Shown here one piece after another: positions 51,286-62,459 of a stretch of DNA of 64,000 bases (position 1 is its first letter; every line of letters starts with the position of its first letter). Made by a program: the position numbers and the translations under genes. The stretch covers positions 1,763,817-1,827,816 of the forward strand of contig MU006090.1 in assembly GCA_010093705.1 (NCBI GenBank), read 5' to 3'. The DNA comes from Patellaria atrata CBS 101060 (Eukaryota). The notes under the pieces are model-generated. The model was not told the origin of the DNA. It searched no databases and saw nothing but the letters and a program-made list of their open reading frames with translations.

Positions 51286-51836
51286 TACTTCAGAACGGCG
51301 CGAATACCCCAAAGATCATGATTTACGAATTCTGGAATCACAGCTTGGATGAAGAGAGAGAATACAATCTAATTTATTTCTATTTAGTATAAATCAAATA
51401 GAAAAAAAGCCTCATTAATTCACACCTTTCAGTCTCCTATATCTATCTTAGGACGGATGTTTACTATCAAGGAGATTGTTTTGAAGCTAATATATCACCA
51501 CATTTCCTGCTAGCATTAAATCAAGTACAACCATATCCTCGGGTGTTTCTCCTGAATTCAGGACAAGTAGTGGTACTTGTGGCCTCACACAGGGGAATTA
51601 TTAACTCTTGTACGGAGGTATCCTCGAAGCTATGACCAAGATTCAGGTTTGCCTCGGCTCCTTGACAACCTTCCACCACATCTCACTCTGTCCCCGCAGG
51701 ATGCCGTTGGTATGGAACAACGTAATATTGCATGTTTCAATTTCTATTCATTCAGGATTTGTAGAACCATCCTATACTCTAATTCTACCATTTTGATACC
51801 CATCAACTCTGTGCTCAGTAGAACTAGAACCTAGTA

Positions 51837-52937
51837 ATGCCTGATTCAGGGAGAACCAACTCCTTACCGTTAAGTGAACAACTATCAAAACCTCTTGAAG
51901 ATCCAGGCACGTTTGAGAATATACCCAAGTTAAGACATATAGCTGAAATTTCCCCTGGCCAGTTAGTCCGTTCACCTCTCTGTCTGTGGTCGTATGTGGC
52001 TAATCATGATACAGACGTGTTAAGGATAAAGTCATTATAATCACAGGTATTCACATACTCAAGGAAGGCTTATATTTACGAACTGATCTAACATGTCCAG
52101 GGGCCAATAGTCCTAAAGGCATTGGCCGTGCAACCGCTCATCAGTATGCAAACAACGGCGCCAAAGCAGTCTTCATCTGTGATTACAGCGATGAGTATCT
52201 CGAGGTCCATAAGCGGGAGCTGAATTCGCTATATCCCAACGTTGACATCCATCCACGGAAGTTCGATGCTGCAGATGAACCATCCGTAAAGCAAGTAGTA
52301 GACGAAGCATTAAAGTTGTACGGCCGGTTAGATATCTTCTTTGCCAATGCAGGCATAGCGACTGGCCAGACTATCAACAATGTATCTGCCGAGGAGTTCA
52401 TGAATACTATGAGAGTCAACGCTTTAAGGTGTATTCATTATCCGCAATATCACCCTTTAAACCTCAACTAATCTCCTTAGCGTGTTCCTCGCAACAAAGC
52501 ATGCCTCCAAGGCCATGCTCGTTACAAACTCCAGTAAACCCTACCCGTCCGGATCCATCATCGGAACCGCCTCCGTCGCTGGCATCCGCTCCAACGCCGG
52601 CAGCACCGACTACAGCGCCTCTAAAGCAGCTGTCGTCTCCATCGTGCAAACCGCCGCTTTCCAACTCTCAGGCACTGGTATCCGCTGTAACGCCATCTGT
52701 CCGGGCGTAATCGAGACCGGTATGACGGCTCTGATGTACGATGCAGCCCGAAAGAGAGGCACTGAGAGGAAGATTGGCCAGCTGAACCCCCTAAGGAGGG
52801 GTGCCCAGCCGGATGAGGTCGCGAGAGTCGCGCTGTTTCTAGGGAGCGATGAGGCGAGTTATGTCAATGGTCAGGCGTGGGCTATTTGCGGAGGTTTGAG
52901 TGCGGGTCATCCGTTCGTGCCTGGGAAGTTGGCATAG
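51837..52937 (+). CDS. Short-chain dehydrogenase/reductase (classical SDR), 4 exons
   Basis: KVIIITG|ANSPKGIG, FFANAG, YSASK catalytic motif, RCNAICPG, LFLGSDEASYVNG. Confidence 0.92.
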
Positions 52938-53003
52938 TGAGTTAAATCAAGACGTTGCATTGGCCACGTGGTCGTAGTAGCCCCTGAAATAAAGAAGAGT
53001 AAC

Positions 53004-53214
53004 AAAAAAATGATTTAACGCTCAAAAGGAAAAGAAATAAGGATATAAATAACACTAAACAAAGGCAAAACAGTTCCCACCGGCTCCCCATAGAACGGCG
53101 TGGTCCTTCTGCTTGAGGGCATTTTCCACTCCTTCTAAGGCTCACACACAGGACCGGTTGGTTTTGGCCTAATCGGTGTGGTGGGGGTTTTCCACCACTA
53201 AGCCACAGGTCCTG
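53004..53214 (-). ncRNA. Candidate Pol III-like structured ncRNA (element E2)
   Basis: On the minus strand: TATA-like TTATATGTAAA (~53249-53239), perfect A box TGGCTTAGTGG (53205-53195), long 5' hairpin CAGGACC...GGTCCTG (53214-53149), 3' hairpin (53112-53065) and T7 (53010-53004). No clear B box. Confidence 0.45.
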
Positions 53215-54095
53215 AAGTGAAAGACGGTTACGGGTTCGTTTACATATAACTTGTATGTTTGAAAAAGCGATTGGGGGTGGGTTGAATCGCTTCCCTACAG
53301 TCCCGCATCTTAAAGATAGGTTGTCAGAAAGCTCCTAAACCTCTACTCAATTTCCTATTGTCTAACCGTCGAACTGACTTATGAGTTTCGAATAACCTCG
53401 TACTCTTCCAAAGTCTTTGTCTCAGTCAACCCTTCTGATTAAATTTCGACATTAGGAGATCTCTTTATCCAGCCAAAATCAGCTCAGTCGCACCTCCTTT
53501 GTCTCACAAATCTACACCCTAAATCCGTACTCACACCATATTAGCACACATCGTACATCTAATCTCCCTTCGATGACTTCCTCCCGTCCTGCTCGCTCTA
53601 CGCAACACCCGTCATGTTATCTGCAATCCCTTCGCCTCATCTTCATATCAACGCCACCTCATGCTCCTTCAGAGCAATAATTTATTACACATCCCCAAAA
53701 GTAAGATAGATATAAAAGCCGTGTAACCCACATTGTCCAAAATGCTCCTCGCACGCCTTCACATGACACTCTCTTCGAACTATCTGCCACCTCCCCCACC
53801 ACGCTGTCTCATCATTCTCCGAAGGGTTCAGTTCCAAGCCGAGGCCGATCTGGCGCGAATGAGCGGGCATAGACTGATCCATACGGTAGGGAAGACGGGA
53901 GTGGTATGAGACTAAACGGTTACCGGGGCTGGGTCCGAGTTCAAAGATTATCTGATTGTAAAGGGAGGCGAAGATGGGATACGAGTGTATCTGACATTGA
54001 CACGGTAGTAGATCTACAATTCAGACTATCATGTTTCTGTACCCTGATTACTGTTCAAATCCAGTTATACCAATATCTTGCTACGATCCGAAGCC

Positions 54096-56476
54096 TCAAT
54101 GTAACCCCTCCAAATAACTAACCAACCTCTTCTTAATAACCACACCGACCAACTTCCCCGTGCCCTCCTCCACCACACAGAGGAACCTAAGCCCCAACTT
54201 GGCAAACATCTCCACTAGATACTCCATCGGCGCCTTCGCACAGATGGTCAAGGGCGTCCTATCCACAAACATGGAAAGATCGAAATCTTCCTCATCGGCA
54301 TCACCCAGGAGTCTAACCTCCGCATCCTCTGGAAAAAGCTCCCCGACTTCCTTGAGGCCGAACTCCAGCTCCCCTTCCGCAATATAGCCCTGCAGCATCC
54401 CATTCTGCACGAGCACCAGTCCGGCATCCATAAGCCCCCTCCGATGCAACAGATCCAGTTTCTCCTGCAACACTGTCCGGGGAACCATATTCGTCTTCCC
54501 CACGACAACCGTGATCTCCCTCATCGTCTGCTCGGGCGGAATCAGCTCCTCGACAAGATGGTTCTGCCGCTGCACGACGTGCAAGTTGTGATCGAGATCC
54601 AAGAACGGATGACCCATGACGTTCTGCGCGAGGTCGTAGATGCCCTCCTTCCCGATCGCGTCGGCGACCCATTTGGCGACGAGGATCGCGATCATGTGCG
54701 GGACGATGTATTCCAGCTCGCCCGTGAGCTCGAACATGATGACGCCGAGGGAGATGGTCATTCTTGAGACGCCGGCGAGGAAGCCTGCTGCGCCAACCAT
54801 GGCGAAGATGCCGGGCGAGATGTCGGGGATCCATTGGCCGAGGAGGCGGCCGAAGAAGGCGCCCGCATCGAGGGCTGGGATAATGACGCCGGATGGTACT
54901 TTACATCCGAAGGTTATAGTGGTGAGGACGAGTTTGGCAAGCGTGCCGTAGACGAGCCAGCCTATGTAGGAGTTGTTGCCGTCTGTTCTCGCTTCATTTT
55001 GACAGACCCACGTGTTGGAGGAGTGGTTATCACGGCAGTCAACCAGGAGATTGCGGATGATGATGTCGCCGGGCTCGCGGGTTAGGGGGTTGGGGAATTG
55101 GATTAGGGTTGTGGCGAGAACGACGAGGAAGACCTCGAAAACGGGGTAGTTCTTGATGATTGCGTATTTTCTGAACCATTTGCTCCACATGAAGTTGAGT
55201 TTACAGAACAGACCGCCAAAGATACCACCAGCGACACCCAGGACAACGAATACGAGATAGTGTACTGCGTTATACGATGTGCCATAGTTGGTCTCGAACA
55301 GGACGAGTTTCCCAGTTCCAGTAGGGTTCAAAGCTTTTAGCACCATTGCGGCAATAAGGGAGCAAAGAAAAGCTCGCCATAAGACTTTGCGGGGAAAGTA
55401 GGTGCTAATTTCTTCATAACTGAAGAGTACTCCTCCAATGGGTGCACCAAAAGCGACGCTCAACCCTGATGCGCATGCAGCGGAGAGAAGTTCACGCATT
55501 TTTCTGCCATTATTTCGGTATTTAGGGAACCACATCCCCACAAGATATCCAACGCACGTAGAGATGTGAACGAATGGACCTTCTTTACCCAAGCACATTC
55601 CTGTTGCAACAGCAAATATAGCACCGAATCCCTTTACAACCAAGACCTTCAGATCCAAAAAGTTCGGTATTACAAAGCCAGACAGGATTGTTTTGATCTC
55701 AGGTATGCCCGATCCAGCGGCCATATACAGAGATTTACCAGAGGTAACAGGTTGTGGTGTAGTATCCATCCCGTGCACTTCATCTCCTTTGCCAGGTGAC
55801 ACTGCTGGTAATGATCGTTTCGTCAACATTGTGGCGCTTGAACTCATGATACCAAAGGCCAGGGCCCAAGCGACGTATATGGCAAAGGATGATGTATATC
55901 TATCTGTCCAGACGTGGAAGTTCTTACAATCATCTCCAAGCTCCGAGTTGAGCCTTAGAAATGGAGTTTTCTCCTCACAACAAGCCTCCCTACTGAGGAG
56001 GGGATTCCTGGTACAATATCCGAACTTCCAGTCTGATACTGTAGCTTCTGCTACATCGACGACGAAGGCTACGCATGCTGTGAAAATACCAATAAACACA
56101 ACGGCAATCCAGCCGGAGCATGAGTCAAGCAGCGAGATGATCCCATACCGGAGACCTTTTCGAGAATGGACGATTCTATACCGATACGAATCTTTAACCT
56201 GACGAACGGTATTAGACTTAGGAGAAATTCTAAGAGACTAGAAGTTTATACAAGGTCATGTAGCCAATCGATAGTGGTATAGTCATTATATGGTAATCTT
56301 TCACCCACTGTAGAAGCAGCAAGTTGTTGTTCCTCTTTTGATACCGCAGATGCTGCAATTGATTGTGCTGAAAGGACTTCATCATCGTGCTGTAACTGGC
56401 TTAATCGGCGGTCGTGGGGAGGATGTAGGAGAAGGCCAGTCCGCTCATTTGCAGACTCAATGTCTTGATGGGACAT
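54096..56476 (-). CDS. CLC family chloride channel / Cl-/H+ exchanger with CBS domains, 2 exons
   Basis: YTTIDWLHD, GSGIPEIK, GKEGP, FGAPIGGVLFSYEE, MFELTG, GIYD and a C-terminal CBS-like region. Confidence 0.95.
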
Positions 56477-56638
56477 GTTTTACAGGATATGTCACCATAT
56501 GGCCGACAGGATATCGGGTGTAGCTGAAGCTTGGGGAACATGATGGGAATTAGAGAACAGTTTATATTTGAAGTAAATAATAAGGCAGCTATGCAAGTGT
56601 GCAGATCCGCGGCAGAGTGAATACAGTAAACAGCTTCC

Positions 56639-56755
56639 TTATCACTGACGCCGTGGAGAAGAGAGGGCTGATATTATTAGATCTATCGAGCTTTATCTGT
56701 GGCAGGATGCTGTGGCTTGATAAGGTGATATAGATAAGAATCATGGTCACGTGAC
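56639..56755. promoter_or_regulatory. Five HGATAR sites plus a palindromic E-box GTCACGTGAC in the divergent CLC / ethanolamine kinase promoter
   Basis: TTATCA 56639, CTATCG 56683, TTATCT 56693, TGATAA 56718, AGATAA 56732; GTCACGTGAC 56746-56755. Confidence 0.5.
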
Positions 56756-57360
56756 ATAACCCATTGGGGCAGGACGGGACGGAAACGTGACCACACTACC
56801 GTATTTCGTAATTCGTCGTCCCCAATTTCAATACGGTACTGGACTGTTTCTGTTACAGTACGATACATCCTACTGTCAATTTTGATACCACTGTGTATCT
56901 CACACCCACAGACGACGCAAATACTCGAGAAGATCATTACTTTGAAGGGCTGCGACAAGAGGAAATGAAAACATACCATGTCTCGGCATTACGAGTCCCC
57001 ACCGCCACTCGAATGCTCTCACGTGCCAGGCACACGCGACAACCACTGCCGTGCTTAATTCGTCCTGACCGCCCAGTTATCAAGCACGGTTACTACTAAT
57101 ATTTATCCCAAGTGTAGATTGTTTTAAGCACTCAATACATTGTCAGCAGAAGAACTGATTAGAGAAATTTTACAAGCTAGAAAGAGAGACATCGTAGAGT
57201 TCAATTGCACTTAGAATTGCGTTTTAGGTTCGTCAATAGCCCCATCATGGTATATTCTTACATGTGAAAGCACCACATGAGCAAGTGGATTGGTTCCCCT
57301 CTATCGGGTCTGCTTATGGCTAACACATCTATTATGACTATAGACAATATCCTCTAGAAG

Positions 57361-58816
57361 ATGATGAGTCTTTCCTCCGATGCTGTACCTATCAGGCATA
57401 TACCCCTTTCCTACTCTCATGAAGAGTCAAGAAAATCTGCCCTTCGCCTGATCCTAACCCTCAGACCGGACTGGGAGGATACTCAGGACCTAATTGAGTT
57501 CGTCAGATTTAAGGAGGGCATAACCAATACTGTATGTTGTTTACAACCGGGGTGATGCGTACGTCAAGACCTGACTGAAGCAGCAGTTAACGGGTTAAAT
57601 ATAGTTACTGAAAGCCATACACAAGGAACCTGGGAAGTCCGAAGAAGATATAGACAATGAAGCTATTCTACTTCGGGCATATGGCAATGGTACTGCTGTG
57701 CTCATTGATAGAGATGGTTTGTACCCCTGAACACGCCTGGACTATGACGAAGCTAACATTATTGATATAGGGGAAACATTGTCGCATTCGCTTCTCGCTA
57801 GCCATAACCTCGCTCCTTCTCTCCTAGCTCGCTTTGAAAATGGTCTACTCTACAAGTATATCCAGGGTACAGCCTGCGCACCAGAGGATCTCCGCCGCCC
57901 CGAGGTATGGAGGGGAGTTGCTCGAAGAATAGCAGAATGGCATGCAACTCTACCAGTCACAAAAATCACATCTCCTCCACCCAGTACCGACGCTCCCACC
58001 GGACGACCTAAGCCTCTCGCAACCCTAGACGACGCACCTCCACCTAAACCCGGGACCAGACACAACAGAACCCCCAGCGTCGTGACCGGCAAACCCGAGC
58101 CTACCGTCTGGAGCGTAATGCAAAAATGGATAGCTGCCGTCCCCACCAGCACCCCCGAAGAAAAGTCCCGCCAAGCAACCCTCTCCAAAGAACTCGTCTG
58201 GCTCGCCCGCACCCTTGGCGACACCCCCGGCATCCACTCCGCACCTTTAGTCTTCGCCCACTGCGACCTCTTGAGCGGTAATGTCATCATCTCACCCCCG
58301 TCACAATCCACGCCCACCCCCTCCCGTCGCTCCTCCCACTCCAGCGCCTCCTCCACCCCGACCCCGCAAGTGACAACCGTCTCCTTCATCGACTACGAAT
58401 ACACGACCGCAGCCCCCGCCGCCTTCGACCTTGCGAACCACTTCGCCGAATGGGGCGGCTTCGAATGCGACTACGCCGTCCTCCCCACCCGGTCCCAGCG
58501 GCGGGACTTTCTGAAGGAGTATTTGAGGGCGTATAACACGCACCTTGCCCGCGCGCCCTCGGAGCACGAAACAGAGGGAGAGTTGAGGCGGTTGGAAGAG
58601 GAGGTCGATATGTTCAGAGGCGTGCCGGGGTTTTATTGGGGTATTTGGGCTCTCATTCAGGCCACGATTAGCCAGATTCATTTTGATTATGCCGCTTATG
58701 CTGAGGTTCGGTTGGGGGAGTATTGGGCGTGGAAGAGGGAGGAGGGTGTGGATGTGGTGGAAGGGGAGGGCGAGTCTCGGCATCGGCTGAGGGAACGGAG
58801 ATGGCGGGAAGAGTAG
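57361..58816 (+). CDS. Ethanolamine/choline kinase, 3 coding exons
   Basis: FKEGITNT|LLK, LLRAYGNGT, LLARFENGL, Brenner motif HCDLLSGNVI, FIDYEY, FDLANHFAEWGG. Confidence 0.93.
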
Positions 58817-59430
58817 GTAGGCGATGCTTTTGTGAGCGGGACCCGGAGATTCGATCCATAGCCCGGTTCCCCCGGCTTTTCAACATCCGGGGACGCGGCG
58901 GTGGGTCGAGGACAGTTACGCATAGCACGTACGGGTCGGGTGACAGGGAGATATTCCACAATCACCAAGACGAGAAAGAGCAAATAAAAATAAAAAAGTG
59001 CAGAAATTGGAATGAGTGAGGGTGGTTTGGGAGTGGTATTCTTTTTTTTTTTTTTTCGACGATTAGATCAGCGATGACTAGTGTCTTCAACGACAGATAC
59101 CCCCCTTTCTACGCATGAGGTAGGAGAAGCGTAGAATTAAAAATTAAAAGTTGTGTGGATTATGACAGATATCGCGGGTTTTGCTTCGTGCGAGTTTGAT
59201 AGAAACATATATTAGATCGGGTTAGATTAAGTTTACCTCCTACCTTATTCCTCCCGGCGTACAAAGATCTTCTGGCGCGGGAAATATATGACAGTGACGG
59301 AATACAACACGCGCCAATCTCCAAACTCCGGAGCCCCCATGCGAACAAACGTCGCGATCAAATCCGCCCCATCCACGCCAGATACAAAGTCCCTACAAAA
59401 ATCTCACAAAACAGCAAAAATCCCATCACT

Positions 59431-62400
59431 CTACCCCCTCACCCACTCCATCTCCCCCACAAACCCACTACTCTCCCCCTGCATCGCAACCCCCACCCCA
59501 ACGCCCACAAACCCCTCATCCCAGCCCTCCCCGCCCAGCGTAGCGTCCAAATTCAGCAGGGCGTCGAAATCCGCCTGCTCGAGTTCGGGGAACGGCATGT
59601 CCGGGGTGGCGGAATCAGGCGTATCAAGGTCTTCCGGTATCATGTTCGCGGAGGTGATGAGCTGGGCGTGGAGACTGAAAGGTTGATGTTGGATGATCGC
59701 CTCATCCTGCTGTTGCTGAGACTGGCAATGGGGGATGGAAGAAGCAGTAGACTCCCCGCTCGAAGGCGGCGTGGACGCGAGGAACGACTCGAGGCGCTGC
59801 GCCACTTCTTCGTCGGAGACGGGGTGGACGGCCGCGTTGGAGGGGTGGAGGAGGTCAGTAGCGGAGCCGGAGATGGTGGGTTCGGGCGGTGGGGTGAGGG
59901 TGTTGTGGGCACGGTGGAGGGCGAGTTGCTGGAGATCGAGACGGCGGCCGGCGTCTACGAGGTCTTCTACCGTTTGGATGTGGCGGGGTTTCTGTGCGGG
60001 GTGGATGGGGGAGGGTTGGGATGCTGGGTGGAAGGAGGGGAGGTGGATGCCTGCTTTGCGGATGGCGGCTTCGAGGAACGCGGTGGAGTAGTCCGCTGCG
60101 GCGTATAGTTCGCGGAGCTTGCCCATGACTTGCATGCACTGGTAGAAGCCGCGGAGGGAGTTGCGACGAGTTTCCTCATCAGGCGCTTTGATGTCGAGGA
60201 GGTGGATGATGATAGCGGGGAGTAGGACGGTAACGCCGGTTGTGGGAAGGTAATGAACGAGGTTTAGGGAGTCAAGATTTGTTGCCATTGATGTGATAGC
60301 GGAAGCTGCACGTCTCACCGCACGTCTCGACATGTCCAACATCTCAGATCCTACGCCTGTAGGTGTGCTTACTGGAGAAGGTTGAAGGACCTGTGGACGA
60401 TGAAGTGCGGATAAAGTCGTATAGAATACCATGTGGAGAAGAGAGCGGTGAAGATCCACAGACGTGCTCCCACTAGAGGTTTCGTAATATTGAGCTTCAG
60501 GAGGTAACTCATCCACCCAAGTCTGAAGCAGATCATCACAGAGTTTTACTTCGCACGTTTCAGGATCCAGTTTCTTGGGTAGGAGCATCATAGTCGTCCG
60601 GTCAGCTAAGAGTTGGCTATTGTTGTTAAGGACGCAATATTGCTTTGAGAGGACGTGACTAATGCATAAAGATAGTTTGGCTTTGGATATACACAATATC
60701 GCCAGCGTCCGCTGAAGATCGACGTTTCGGGCAACAGCACAGTCTGCAGGGACGCATGATATACTGGCTGGGATGGCGGCAATCTCAAAGTCATTCAAAG
60801 TAAGCATCGGTACATCGTAATCTTCGCTCTTTATCCTAGTTGGTCTTCGCATTCCAAGGGCGATAAGTCGATCACGCATATAGGTGGACCACCAAATCCT
60901 CTTCCATAACTTCACTCTCTTCACGTCCATATTCGATCGTTCAGGGTTCCTGTGAAGACCGATTGTGTGGGCAACCGAAGTCGCAACGCCCATCCAATGC
61001 CATGTGTCCTTCTGGTCATCCGGAGTCTCATAGTAATAAGTTAGAAGTAGTATAGCTTGAACAAGTACTACACGATCTGACTCGTAATCAAAGTCGTAGA
61101 GTAACTTTGGATTGTTAGTTATCTTGCACAGTAATACGTATATTACGACGGGGCACATAACACATACCCTGACTTTTTGGAAAAAATCCTTCCTAGCCTC
61201 TTTCCGAGATAAGTATCCAGCATTTCGAAGATGTTGCATATCAACAAAAGCTGACCCGGCGAACATTACGGCTTGAAACAGAATCAAGCTGATCCTCCCC
61301 GCGCTACCATCGGTACGGTCGACAACGGCAAGGAAGTCATGCAGATCCAAAAGAGGCATGTACGGATGTACAAATTCGATATACGCTCTAAGTAATTCAT
61401 TCCGTAAGCCATTGGCCGGCGTAGTCAAAGCTCCTTTCTTCTCCAGATACGCAATTTCGTCCGGTCCGATACGGGTGGGTAGAGATTTGATGTAAAATGG
61501 CAAACTGGCCGTTATTGCCACTTTCGGCGAATATTGCGAGAAGGCAGGCGCTGGTGTACCAGATGGTAGTCGGCCGTATCCTAACATGCCGAGGTTGCTT
61601 TGCGATGATATTGACATGCGACGGTTGATAACCCCTTGCTGGAAACCGAGGTTGAGCTTATGGCCATGACTTTGGTCTATATATCGTTCACATATTGATT
61701 AATTCTTTCCTCTCTCCATCTTCATTCAGGTTTATAGGACTTACAGATGGAGTGAGGCACATGTTCAGACCGTTCCTGGTCATGTGATTTCTGAGTTGGT
61801 GTTGTTGAGGTCGCAGTGCTACCGGCAGAGCTATTTCCAAGCTGGGACAAGCCGTCTAATGCATCTCTAGAGGCAAGCTTGCGATTGGCATGAACATTAT
61901 CCGACGCAGCAACGTCAGAATGATTTTCTTCGTCTTTAGTCCATTTTCTGTGACAGCAAGTCAGCCATCATATTTGAGCATTTTATCCATACTCAGAATT
62001 GTGTTAGGCGATGAAAATGTAGTAGCTCCATTTGCCGATGCCTGCAGTTGCATGTGAACGGTAGTTACCCCAGACATCCTCCGCTGTGGAGTCCACCAGG
62101 TCTTATCGCATCTTGAGGCATTTTCCAACTTTCCAATTTTCCAATCTCTTGACCCAAGTATCAGACTGGACGGATGAATGAGACCTGACTCACTTTCTTC
62201 TCCTGCTCTCTGAAACGATGCATTCAACTTCATCCAGGCGGCAATTCGTGCAAGGTGCTCCATGCTCTGTGACATTGCATCGGACTTTACGTGCTCTGCA
62301 ACACTGGCATGCTTTGGCTGCTCTCCTCTTTACTGATCTCCCATGACCAGGGCCGTGACCGTGACCATCGAGTCCAGCAGCAGTGACCTTTCTTTTTGGA

Positions 62401-62459
62401 GATGTCGAAGGGGCGGCTGCTTGCTCCTGGGAATCTGAATGGGATGTGGTATCCGACAT
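59431..62459 (-). CDS. farB: Zn(II)2Cys6 transcription factor, cutinase transcription factor 1-beta / FarB, 4 exons
   Basis: KRRAAKACQCCRARKVRCNVTEHGAPCTNCRLDEVECIVSESRRRK and middle homology region YYETPDDQKDTWHWMG...KRIWWSTYMRDRLIALGMRRP. Confidence 0.9.

Noticed and set aside
61105..61167. 21-aa insertion in the FarB middle homology region shown in the ORF track
   Set aside because: It is an ordinary 63-nt in-frame intron (GTATGT...CTAAC...AAG).
49270..62459. Secondary-metabolite or aromatic-catabolism cluster (monooxygenase, SDR, transcription factor)
   Set aside because: No backbone synthase or ring-cleavage dioxygenase; the intervening genes (CLC, ethanolamine kinase) and farB are conserved housekeeping or regulatory genes.
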